Of a stretch of DNA of 40,520 nucleotides, positions 1 to 10,799 are shown piece after piece. The notes under the pieces are model-generated. The model saw nothing but the letters and a program-made list of their open reading frames with translations, was not told the origin of the DNA and did not search any database. The DNA is from Saprolegnia diclina VS20. Taxonomy: Eukaryota. Position 1 is the stretch's first letter; each line of letters begins with the position of its first letter. The stretch lies in the NCBI RefSeq assembly GCF_000281045.1, contig NW_008246077.1, positions 1 through 40,520 of the forward strand, read 5' to 3'. Position numbers and translations under genes: made by a program.

Positions 1-376
1 TATTTGAACACGTTCTAGACATCTCTAGGCCCTATCTGATTGGAATTGGCTCTTTTGGAGCCCAAGGAAGCACTCTGCAAAGTTTCATGACGATTGGGAT
101 ATTTTTTCTAAAGCCACCACGGTCACCTCGCTGACCACGGCCGAGTTCTGACCAAAATCGGCAAAAAATGAAAAATTGAAAAAATGCTATACATGACTTT
201 ATTTGGTTGCATGAGTGACGAAAACAAAAAAATTGGGCCCGGGGGGGCGATTTCTGGCGTCGTTGGGCGCTTTCTTGTCGACTTTCTAACGACATTTTTG
301 TCGACCAATCGATGCATTTGTCGAAGCTCTCTGATCGAGTAAAATATACCGTGCATATGTCAGAGGGACGAAGAAG
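1..376. mobile_element. Probable right end of a Tc1/mariner (Stowaway-like) non-autonomous DNA transposon, truncated by the window edge
   Basis: The reverse complement of the terminus reads TA-CTTCTTCGTCCCTCTGACATATGCAC, resembling the Stowaway/mariner TIR start CTCCCTCCGTCCC. TA lies at 377-378 and the interior is AT-rich and non-coding. The partner TIR is not in the window. Confidence 0.35.
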
Positions 377-440
377 TATATAGGGTGATAAAAAGAGCGC
401 TAGCATCGTTGGTGATGGGAGTATGAAAAGATCAAAAGAT

Positions 441-513
441 TGGTCATACTGGGGCTCGAACCCAGGACCACAGCGTTATTAGCACTGCGCTCTACCGACT
501 GAGCTATACGACC
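441..513 (-). tRNA. tRNA-Ile(AAT)
   Basis: The reverse complement GGTCGTATAGCTCAGTCGGTAGAGCGCAGTGCTAATAACGCTGTGGTCCTGGGTTCGAGCCCCAGTATGACCA folds into a 73-nt cloverleaf. The anticodon loop is CT-AAT-AA, A and B boxes are present, and TTTT Pol III terminator runs lie just downstream. Confidence 0.96.
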
Positions 514-699
514 GGTCTGACCTCCCTCTTACCACACTCATGCATACATCAACTCGAGAAATATTCCATCATTAAATGATCCTATTTATCATTCAACATC
601 AAACCACACTATGTGAGCCCCATGTCACCAATGTTCACGCACTACGCACCAAATTTGCTTCATTCTTACCCATTGAAAGAGCATCGTGTGCTTTATACA

Positions 700-3600
700 T
701 TGTGCTCGGTTCATGGACGTCCACACGTATTGGGACGGCACGCTAATCTACTTCCACCACAACGTGTACGTACCTTTCAAGCCGCTCGAACGACCAGCTT
801 TCTTTGCGGGGCTCCCGTGGTTATTTGGCGCGCGCATTCGTAGGTTACCACTTTGTCGGCGGTGACTCCAACTTACCCACGAAGCGCTTGATGCGTCGTC
901 CATTTCGGCGGCGGATCCAGTGTCTCCAGTGGCTCGTCGCATCGTGGCAAACCTGCACAACAAGAACTGCCTGGACTACAACCTTGGACTCGTCGCTCGC
1001 CACACGCCATCTGGAGAGCTATCTTGAGGCGGTGACGTACGATGGGAACGCGCTCCACGGTAACCACAAGCTGCGCACGGTAATGCTCGGGACAACTCCG
1101 TGGTCGGCGGCGCGTCGCAACAAGGCCGTCTACCGGTTGCATCGGGAACTACTGTCGGACCCGCGCACCGTTCAGGCCATCCAACTTGAGACTGAGTGCT
1201 TTCTCACTAAGCTCCACGACGACCCCGAGTGCAACAACGCCCAGAGCCAAGTGGCATGACTGGCTGCGTCGCATGAAGGCTCAGATGCACCGTGGCCAAT
1301 ACAACCACCAACACCAACGCCGGGACGTCCTCTCGCTCTTTCGTATCAAGTGGAACTACATATGTAAGCCAAGTACGACGCGCGGGCAGGGCGGGCTACG
1401 GAGGATGCCGTCAAGACCGCCAAGGACGTGTACCAGGAGGCCAAGAAGGAATGCCGTCAATAAAGCTTGGACAGCGGGTTGGATCACCACGCCAACCTCA
1501 ACGAGCTGGCAACGGCGCACTTCTTGCGTAAATCGCCAGCGATGAAGCTCCCGATTTCATCGGCGTCACGTCAACTGACCCTAAGGGCCTTGGTCGAGAT
1601 TTCTACCGCAGCCGGACGCGCCGAGCCCGGCCCGATAGTCCAGGTGCCCATCATCAACACGTCACTGCGGCACTCTCGGAGGACCAACGCGCCGCTCTGG
1701 ACCGACCAATCGAAGAAGAGGAGCTGTACTCTCCGATCAAGACAACGCTTTAAGAAATCGCCTGGTCCCGACGAGCTGGCTCGCTGCGGTTTTCCAAGTG
1801 GTGCCCGAGACCTTCGCGGCAATCGTAATTCGCGTCTTTGCTTACCAGCGCGCCGCAACTCGGTTACGTTGCTCCACAAAAATAGTCATCGCTCGGAACC
1901 AGGGAATTACCGACCGATAGTCTTTATCCCACTCGAGGTCAAGTTCCTGTCGCGTATGCTGCCGTGGCGCCTCTGGGAAGTGGCCGAGTCGCTGATACAC
2001 CTTTCACAGGCGGGCTTCGTCAAGGGCTGTTGCATGGCCTACCACGTCCACCTCGTCCAAGCCCTGAAGCTGGAGGCGATGCAGGAGAACAAGCCGTGGG
2101 CGGCGACGTTTCTATACTAGGCCAAGGCTTACGAAAGGGTCCGTCAGGACTTCCACTGCAAGGGGATGGCGAAGATGCACATTAGGCCCGAGTTTCTCAG
2201 CTGGATCCGGCTCCTCTACAAGAAGCCCGTGGTGCACCTGCTGTTCAACGGCCCGCTTGGCCCGCTGGTAATGCTACCCGCTCTCGTGCCTTCTGCTTGA
2301 CTTGAACCTAGCCACTCGGCGCGATGCTGCGTGCGCGTCCTAACCTCAGCAACCCGCTTAAGGACAAGCGTGACGCACTTGTCGCGGTTCAGCGCCGCTC
2401 TCGACGCGACGCAGAACTTGCCTACAAAGTTCACAGCATGAATTTTAGCCATCGCTGGCGTGCCCGACAGCAACGTCGAGTCGACAGCAAAAAAAAACAG
2501 CCGTGAGCACCTAGCCATCATTAACGACAACGTGTCACCGGTGAATAACGCTGCAGCACCCTGGCTCCGGGTCGCAGTCAGCGGTGAGCCTGTCGAGTGG
2601 GAAATTAACAGGTCGTGAGCCAAGATGGTCAAACACGGCCCGATACCGACACCGCTGCACCCCATGGTCGGGCCGCGGCACCCCGACAACCGAGCCGCCG
2701 CAACGTACATTACGAAACTCAATCACCGCTCTGCTGGCTAACTGCGCTACATGCAGGCGTGTTCGCGTCGCTCACGGGCGTGAATTGTTTCAGCACGGGG
2801 CCAGCACAATGGGTTCCAAGCGCTGCGCGACTTCATGGCACCGTTCGGGTACTCGTGGCCATAACTCATGACCGGGCTAGCAAATGGGCCATACCACGGC
2901 GCAGCCGTCTCCAAGCATCTCTATGACGTGTATAACCAAGTGCGCCGGAAGCACAACATGCGGTCAAAGCCCTCCTGTCAAGGCCGGGAGCTGACTGGGC
3001 ACCCGTTCCGCAAGCACATCAATGAAACAATTCTGCCGTTTGAGCAGTGGTCCCGTCGCGTCGTTCGCGACGTCGCCCAGCACACGCCACATCCCAGTCG
3101 ACGACACCCGCTGCTGTCGACAACGCGCCAAACGCCGTCGGATGCCAATAAGTTCATCCAGACGACACTCCAGCTGCAGAAGGTCACCACGTCAGTTCAC
3201 GCAGACGTGTGGTGCCGCTTGATCATGCATATGCAGCCTGCAGCCTATCAACGTAAGCATGTCGCACAAATGACAGGAGGACCCGGCCATCTTCGTCTGC
3301 TCCCACAGCTGGAGAGCCGTGGAGATCATGCTTCATGCGTTCTTCACTGTTGAATATATTCTATGGGAGTGGCACAATCCGGGCGCGAAGTCAGTTCCGC
3401 CATTCGATGGACCAGCGTCACCAACCTCGACAAGATGAGATTCACGCCACAAGCCGCTGCGCGACACATTCCACAACCTGTGGGCCATGGCTCTCGCGCG
3501 CAATCTGGACTGCGCACCACGCTGCACACATTGACGGTACGCGGCTGCCGCCGACGCATGCCCATCAAGATGTCATCTTCAAGGTTTAGCTCGCTGCGAT

Positions 3601-3848
3601 TCGGCGGTGCCTCCGTCTCCTTGACGACGAATCGTTCGAGAGCCGCGATCTGGTCGCTGCAATCACGCTGCTACTCTCGCAGCACAGCTACTGCGCGTTG
3701 GCTGCCAAATGCCCGTTGGGCCAATCCAACCCAGTCATCGGCTATCGCACGCACGCAATCACACGCCGCGCCTCAAGCTAACTCTACCAAAGTCGACTTA
3801 GTACGTACTAGTACCATAAATTGCGCTGTGAATTCAATTCCCAACAAC
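700..3848 (+). mobile_element. Decayed, 5'-truncated L1/Tx1-like non-LTR retrotransposon (ORF2 remnant)
   Basis: APE endonuclease motifs WDGTLIYFHHNVYVP (~730-775) and HFVGGDSN. RT motifs KKSPGPD, NYRPIVFIPLEVKFLSR, IHLSQAGFVKG and FLY*AKAYERV. A zf-RVT-like EIMLHAFF occurs near 3320-3350. There are many stops and frameshifts, no recognisable YADD/FADD, and a short CAACAAC tail at 3842-3848. Confidence 0.88.
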
Positions 3849-3864
3849 ACTGAGCTATATGACC
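3849..3864 (-). pseudogene. 5' 16-nt fragment of a second tRNA-Ile gene, followed by a diverged copy of its upstream flank (to ~4183)
   Basis: The reverse complement GGTCATATAGCTCAGT matches tRNA nt 1-16 (GGTCGTATAGCTCAGT) at 15/16. Segment 3872-3927 aligns to 521-576 at about 75% by eye, and 4064-4165 aligns to 567-629. Confidence 0.75.
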
Positions 3865-3923
3865 GGACTCGCCTACCTCATATCACACTCACTCATAAAC
3901 CAACTTTGGAATATAGCATCATT

Positions 3924-4061
3924 TAAAAAATATATATATATATATGAACGTGTTCCGCGTTATCTTCATTATGACACAAAGACTTCGCATACGTAGCGCT
4001 ACGCCTGAATGCGTGGGAGTTGGCTCAGCACTTGGTGCGTGGGAGTTGGCTCAGCACTTGG
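3924..4061. mobile_element. 138-bp insertion with a 9-bp direct repeat (AGCATCATT), an A6(TA)n tract and a tandem 26-mer
   Basis: AGCATCATT occurs at 3915-3923 and 4062-4070. TGCGTGGGAGTTGGCTCAGCACTTGG occurs exactly twice (4010-4035, 4036-4061). The segment is absent from the homologous left-hand flank. Confidence 0.55.
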
Positions 4062-4760
4062 AGCATCATTAAAATGTCCTATTTATCTATCACTCAACAT
4101 CGAACCTCACAGTTTTCCAATTTATCATTTGACATCAAACCTCACAGTTTGAGCCCCATTTCACCGAAACACTAAAATAGCTTAGTGTGGCCGCATGAAA
4201 CGGAGCTGGTGGCACTGCACTTTTCACTAGAGCCGACGTCACAGCACGTTCGAGCCCCAATGATCCCAGATTTGTAGGCTAGTGGCCTGCGGCCTGCTTT
4301 TGTTATCGACATCGTCACGTCCCACCAGCCAGAACAATGGAGAACCATGGTGGCGAACAATTGCAGCGCGAGCTCACACGATACGAGATGGGCCAGGAAC
4401 GCAACCCTATCGAGTTGTTCCCTCACTACATGTACTCCATCAGTTGTGAAACCTGTGCGTATCGCGATATCGCTCTTCTCAGATTGCGACGGCGTTCATG
4501 GTGCAGCGTCTCCCCGCAATGCAGCACCGCACACTAAGCCAACTCGGACTGGAGCATCAGATGTAGTCGCAGGCCGGGCTACTTGCATACCAACATTGCA
4601 AAACTTCGATGCGTTGTATATTGTGCGAGATCAGTGTGACACGACAACGCGATTGGCTTGATCGACGACATTCCTCTCCGGTGGCCTTCCGAATTCAAGC
4701 ACCCGGCGCTTTCGCTTACATTCATTGTTTAAAGATATCGTCGACGAGAAGGCGGTCGCG

Positions 4761-5317
4761 TTAAATATCATCTTGCGACTTGCGCACAATGCGACGGCAG
4801 CGCTTCTTGAAAGCGTCTTTGTCGTTTCTCCACTCGACGGCCGCGTCTATGTTAGCCGGCGAGTCGTCGTTCGGGTCCGACAGCATCGAAATGACCGAGA
4901 CGAGGATAGATTCGACGCCCAATATCGGGCGCCATCGCTCATCGGCAGACTCTTGCGCATTCATCTGGTCTTCACCCGGCGGGTGCAAGATAGAGATACA
5001 CACGACGCCACTCGGGTACACGTTCGGGTGCCACATGTCCGAGATAAACGTCATCTTCGGGGGCATGTTGGGGAAGTCCTTCGGAAACTCGAGGCGCGCG
5101 CGAAAGAAGCCGCCTTCGTACAGCGTATCCGGGGGGCCCACGAGCATGATCTCCCAGTGGAAGATGTTTTCATCGTCGCCCAGGCCAACGCTGACGCCCT
5201 CCGGCGGGTTGCGGCTCAGCTCTAGGTGTAGATCCAAAGTTTGAGGGTCCTTCAGCCTCGTGGAGGCTTCCTCGTACCCGTGAGCTGGCGGCGGAGGAGT
5301 TCGCGGCCGTAGTCCAT
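4761..5317 (-). CDS. Ubiquitin-conjugating enzyme E2, UBE2G1/Ubc7 (acidic-loop) family, 166 aa; exons 5317-5278 and 5221-4761
   Basis: Spliced product MDYGRELLRRQLTELSRNPPEGVSVGL... with WHPNVYPSGVVCISILHPPGED (HPN motif, catalytic Cys) and the insertion loop typical of UBE2G/Cdc34. A 56-nt GT-AG intron at 5277-5222 restores the frame. Confidence 0.93.
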
Positions 5318-6390
5318 CTCCGTCGCTTCGTGGCCCAAAGGAAATTCGCGAATGGGGAGCAGGACGTCGAGAGTTCGATTTTTGACCAATCACAAAAATT
5401 CGAACAATCCCACCAATCAGGCAACCTTCTAGAAGCTGAGAAGCACCAACACGTCGTCATGGAGGTTGGTCTGGCCGTGCGGGAAAGATCGTGCCAATGG
5501 CCTGCATGGGCCATGTCGAGGACAACACCCGTCAACATATGGCCACTGCCGCCTGCGCCACTCCGTCGGCGCGTACGTCGATATGTGGATGCGCCTCCTC
5601 TTCAAGATGCTCCACGTGGCTCCACGTAAACTCGCGTTTGGCGTATCTACAACGCGTGCGCCCCGACGCCATTTGCTGCGCCTGCGGCTATGGCGCCGCC
5701 GAAACGCGAATCCAAGCGTTCCGCGGCTGCGAGTTCGTCCGACGACGATGGGCGCATGCTGGCGCCTGACATGACCGGACATGTGTGCAGTCAACGCTCT
5801 CGAACATCGACGGCTATTCCTTCCAAGGCCGCGGCACGCTGTAAAAAGAAGTGTTGTGTGTGCTCGTGATGTTCCATCTCATTTATCTGAACCCAGCACA
5901 ACGGCGTGCAGTGCGACCACCAGCAGAAGCTTCCAGTCGCCGCGTGGCGTGATCCACAAATCCTCTATCCTTTGTCTTTTGGACTGCGTCCGTACCCCGA
6001 TAGGACCGGCTTGAAGACAACGACCGCCCAAAGTGCGCCGCCGTCCTCGATGTCGTGCGTATGTTTCTCAATCAATTGCCTACCAACATATTGGCGCAGC
6101 TTAGCTTGTCCCTCACAGCGCGTGACTCAGTCCCTTATCAAGGCGGCATGTTTGTTTCTGTGATCCCTTTATGCACGCCCGTTCGCTGTGCCTGCCGATG
6201 TCGTACACCGTATTTCCTATATGTACAATTAATTCTTCAACAATTGAGCGCCATGCATCGCACGGAGGCTTCAGCATCTGGCATACGGAACGCGCGAGTC
6301 GACCTGCAGGCACAAGCAGAGAGCGTGGTATGCACTTGCATTCAACACAATAACCTCAGTTCCGCTTCTATTGGCAGTGCGTGACAAAGC

Positions 6391-8377
6391 TTAGTTCGCC
6401 GCAGGCATGCGTAGGCGCTGAATCTGATCTGTGTAGGCAAGCATTTGCTTTTTCGAGACAAGGAAAGCGGCTTGATGATCCGCGTGGGTCGCTTCCATGA
6501 CGACTAACACACGCTCGAGAACGTCAATGGTCTCGGTCGAAGCATCATTTCTATAGTGGCATGAGTGCTCGCCGCCAGTAAATGCAGAACAAAGGATGTA
6601 CGCGCGCAAGCTGTTGAGATGACTTCGAACTGCCTGCATCTGGTGCTTGTGCGTCCGCCACTCGAGTTTCTTTTGTTGCCAGTAGTGCAGTCGGCCTTCC
6701 ATTTCTAGAAGAGCCATCTCGGGATGCTGCATAGCTCCGACAGTTGGGGTTGAAGCCATCGTTGACGAAGTAGCGGGACCGACATATTTATCCGACGTCG
6801 CCTCGACGTTTGAATCTTGTATGAGCGTGTCTTGGTCAAATAGTGCATTGGCGGGCACTTGTGGCGATGAAGTTGCGTCTGTAGGTCGTACGAGAGTCTG
6901 TATCGCCGCGAGCGATTTGACCATCGAATATTGCATGTCGTACTTGGCTGCGGTATTCAAGTTCACGTCGTTGACCAGGAGATCCACCGGTTTTCTCGGC
7001 GGCGGCCTTGAGATTCGAGCGAGGCTGCTTACATCAAGCGTGCGTTCAGTCGGCGATACCTCGTATCGAGCGGTACTCGAGCTGCGACGATTTGGGCATC
7101 GCCCTCGAAGCGCCACGAAGCGCCAGTGCGAGGCGATTTGGGCCACTTTTTGCCAAATACGCTGGGCTCGCGACGCCGCCTCTTGGGCCACTGCCTGCAC
7201 TCGTTGCTCTCGCAGTCGAAACCCCGCTGTCGCCCTAGAGAGAGTGCACAATTATGGAAACGGTTGTCAATATGACTCACCAATGCAACAGTCCTTGCTG
7301 AAGAAACATGCGACGGCGCCACTCGAGAGCCTGCAGAGAACCAAGTTGAGAACATGGGCACAAATGGGAGAGAGCCCTCACTTCATGACGTGAGTTGCGC
7401 TTGTGGGCGCGGTGAATTTGGAATGCTCTCCAATAACGAAAAGCGCGGGCTTGCAGCTGATCCTTCCAGTGCACCAAGGCTGTTGTATGCTGGGCCCGCG
7501 TAAGCTTGGCATCTTCAAGCCTAAAATCGACTCATGGCATTCAAGCTACAAAAACCTTCGAGCATACCGTTGCCGCCAAGCCCTGAAAGCAGCACGTTGG
7601 CACCGATTCGCGTCGTGCGCGCTGGCTTGATGGCGACATATCGCGCTCCACCGCTTTTCGCCCACGACTTCGATCCAATGCTCGAAAAGTCGCCGGAGAA
7701 GATTGTTCTGGTAGTAGCCCGAGGCACGCTGTCTACAAATCTTTATCATTTCCGTAAACAACTATTGGAAGTACCATTACCGCAAGAAACGCAACGTTGT
7801 CTTCGCAAGGCAATGTTCCCGCCAAACCTCGAGTGTGCGAGCTTGCATCCTTCCGTGGAGCAGGCTTGCAAGCCGTACTTCGGCTGCTTGCCGCCGGGTT
7901 GCGGCCGCTGTGGCTGTTTGCAGCCAAGCTCGGACAATACGGCCGAGAACCTACCGTTTATGTCTGAAGTGCAGTTTATTTGGCATGACATACCTGACGC
8001 TGGTAATGGTGCGTGGCTCGTTGATCCTCGCGCTTGACCCTGGTGAGTTGGACGACACCGTACTGCCAGTCGTAGAAAGCACGCTCGAGAACATAGCGGT
8101 TCTTCAGCTGCCGTTGTAGTGACATGCTCTTCGTATCGCGAAGAAGGGAGCGCCAAGCATAAAAGTGTTTGGTGCGGCCCTTTCGCTGCGCGAGTTGGGC
8201 GAGGGCAATGAGCCGCTCGGCACTAGCTAAGACCCGTCCACGGAGGGCCAGAAGGCCTTTCCTGAGCAAGCTGCAGTAGCGGAATCGAGCCGCACGCCGG
8301 CGCTTCAAGTCTTTCTCGCGCTTTCGGCTAGACTCAATCGCCCACTTTGTAAAGACATCCCGTTCGAGGCGCAGCAT
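6391..8377 (-). CDS. SFI1: SFI1-like centrin-binding centriole/spindle-body protein (multi-exon; 5' end uncertain)
   Basis: Repeated A-x7-LL-x3-F-x2-W-like motifs (VFTKW, HFYAWR, LERAFYDWQ, IVRAWL, LLRRLFEHW, AAFRAWR, RAFRYWR, LQQGLLHW). The C-terminal RPPPRKPVDLL and LLEMEGRLHYWQQKK resemble the SFI1 C-terminus. Frame-restoring GT-AG introns lie at 7993-7951, 7780-7733, 7567-7521 and 7280-7235, with probable in-frame introns at 7381-7331 and ~6601-6551. Confidence 0.78.
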
Positions 8378-8470
8378 TGCTCGTTCTTCGCACCGCACTT
8401 GCAACACAGATGCAAATAGTGTGAATATTACTTCGCACCGCGACGTTGATAAAATACAGAATCATTATTA

Positions 8471-8965
8471 CAGTCGAAACTGCCTATATGCATAGTGGAT
8501 ATTTATGCATCCGAGAGGCTTATTATTTGTGGAAGGTAAAAATATTTGGCTCGGGTATAATTTTTTTCGTTGTGATCAAAACTACATTCGCGCGCCAGCC
8601 ATCTATTTGTCCATCAGGCATCTTCGTCGTCGACGTAGCGCACGGGACGTTCGCGAACAACCTCGAGACAGACAGTCTTCTCAGCCATAGTGCGCCATCG
8701 GGCTTCGTCGCGGACCATGCGCGAGACGGTGGTTTGGCTAATGTTGGGAAAACCGTTGGCCTTGAAGTACGTGGCCGTGCGCGTCTGGTTACGGCCGTTT
8801 GCATGGTAGAAGTCGAGGATTTTGGTTCTGTCATAGACGTTGGGCGACGATCTCATCTTCTTAGCAGCGTCCTTCGCCGCGGCGCGCGACTTGGGCATAT
8901 AGGTGATATATCACACCCAAGAGGATTATTGAGTCTCGGGATATGCATATAGACAGGTTCGACTG
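8471..8965 (-). mobile_element. pogo/Tigger-like (Tc1/mariner superfamily) internally deleted DNA transposon, 495 bp
   Basis: 24-bp TIRs CAGTCGAAACTGCCTATATGCATA (8471-8494) and 8942-8965 with 2 mismatches. TA flanks both sides (8469-70, 8966-67). Internal ORF 8898-8614 resembles the CENP-B/pogo N-terminal HTH fused to an acidic tail (YVDDEDA). Confidence 0.88.
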
Positions 8966-9525
8966 TAGTATAATTATGACTTATATATAGTGTGAGTGTT
9001 CCCTGTCTCGAAATAGTGTGTCGACGAATTTAGCGGCCCAACTGGGCCAACTGGGCGAACCTTCGTGGCAATTATTTAGATAGCGCTGCGTTTCATTGGC
9101 TGAAAACCAAATAAATATCCAAACATGGTGGGCGTGGATTGGGCAAACGGAAATAGTGTTTCGTGTGCTGGCGCTATCTAATGCGATGACGAGCGTCGGC
9201 GCAAGCAGGGCTCTGAGCGTGTTGGGCTACACTAACACAGCGGAGCTCGCCAAAATGCGCAATGCACGACTTTTATTTACGAGAGACCGCAATACGCTTT
9301 GGCAGGCCATCCTGGCTCTGGGCGAAGAGCTGGCAAGCACTGGTACGGGCGTCGCTCGGTTGGTGGATTTACAGGTGCCGGGCTGGTGCTAGCTCGGCGT
9401 CGGGTGCCGGGTGCCTAGGATGGTGGTAGCTTGTCAAGCGCTGGCTCAGCAGGCTATGGCCTGAATGAGTCCGGCTTGGTGGGTGCTGGCTGGCGCGGCC
9501 GGTGTCGGCACTTCCTGGCGGCCCG

Positions 9526-10192
9526 AGCAGGGGCCAGATTCATATCTTCGTTCGAGCTTCGCCTCAGCTTCGAGACGGGTGCCCCGGGACCTCGGGGTGG
9601 GTGGGTAGTACCACTATGGAAGAAATCAAATCATTGTAGACAAATTTCGACCGCAAAAGCCATCGCTGGCGATACCAAACCACGATGCCCCGATAATATA
9701 TTTCATTTCCTTTGATTTGGTGGCCTATAGAGCTCCAACGTCGCTGAAATGGGGACGCTATGGCTATGGCACCATAGACACCCGCAAGATGGCATGAAAA
9801 ATGTGTAGGTTATTGTATGTATGTATCCGGATTTGCTGTTTATATGACATGCATTCCTGCGAGAATTAAAATGATTCCGGATACATACAATAACCTAGAC
9901 ATTTTCATGCCATCTTGCGGGTGTCAATGGTGCCATAGCCATAGCGTCCCCATTTCAGCGACGTTGGAGCTCTATAGGCCACCAAATCAAAGGAAATGAA
10001 ATATATTATCGGGGCATTGTGGTTTGGTATCGCCAGCGATGGCTTTTGCGGTCGAAATTTGTCTACAATGATTTGATTTCTTCCATAGTGGTACTACCCA
10101 CCCCGAGGTCCCGGGGCACCTCGAGGGTTGACCAATCAGCCATCTCGAAGCTGAGGCGAAGCTCGAACATAGATATGAATCGGGCCCCTGCT
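9526..10192. mobile_element. Fold-back non-autonomous DNA transposon (Mutator/MULE-like): ~305-317 bp inverted arms, 44-bp spacer, 9-bp TSD
   Basis: 9526-9831 is a near-perfect reverse complement of 9876-10192 (few substitutions and indels). GGCGGCCCG is duplicated at 9517-9525 and 10193-10201. Termini are AGCAGGGG...CCCCTGCT. Confidence 0.88.
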
Positions 10193-10799
10193 GGCGGCCC
10201 GTCGGCCTTTTCTAGCCTTTTTAGTTAGCGCGGCCAATCAGATTGACGAAAATAGTTAGCGCTGCCAATCAGCATCTGATTTGCANNNNNNNNNNNNNNN
10301 NNNNNNNNNNNNNNNNNNNNNNNNNNNNNNNNNNNNNNNNNNNNNNNNNNNNNNNNNNNNNNNNNNNNNNNNNNNNNNNNNNNNNCTGGCGGCCCGTCGG
10401 CCTTTTCTAGCCTTTTTAGTTAGCGCGGCCAATCAGATTGACGAAAATAGTTAGCGCTGCCAATCAGCATATGATTTGCATCTCATTGGTCAGCATACCG
10501 CAGTATTTTTGCCAATCAGCAAAAGGAATGAATTTTATTGATCAAAATTCTGGGGCTGTGGACCATAAACGTCCAAGAGTACAAACACGAATACAAATTT
10601 CAAGTCTATTCGTCCAAGAAGCACTTCCTCGTAGCCCAGACTGAAGCACGGACCTCTATAGTCTTAACGTGAACACCATATACATGTGCGCTGTTTTTCC
10701 AGTGTTCTCGCTGTTTCCTTCCCTCTTTTTTCTCTTTCTTCCCTTCTTCTGTGTGCCAAACATTTTTACAATGGTTCTTAAGCCCTCAACAGTACTAGT

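Noticed and set aside
6..15. GAACACGTTC inverted match to 3946-3955
   Set aside because: Only 10 bp with no extension, compatible with chance.
4010..4061. Tandem 26-mers as a CRISPR-like array
   Set aside because: Only two adjacent copies with no spacer, in a eukaryotic context with no cas genes.
4248..4265. B-box-like GTTCGAGCCCC suggesting another tRNA
   Set aside because: No cloverleaf and no properly spaced A box.
4280..4661. Possible coding remnant (GLRPAFVIDI...)
   Set aside because: No convincing start, splice model or recognisable domain.
5318..5393. N-terminal extension of the 210-aa E2 ORF
   Set aside because: The ORF reads through an intron. The spliced model starting at ATG 5317 gives a canonical E2 N-terminus.
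5459..6384. Possible small gene divergent from the E2
   Set aside because: Splice-like sites exist, but I could not build a consistent, recognisable protein.
10386..10480. Direct repeat of 10191-10284 on the far side of the N gap
   Set aside because: Near-identical sequence on both sides of a ~100-N gap is the signature of unmerged overlapping contig ends, not a biological duplication.
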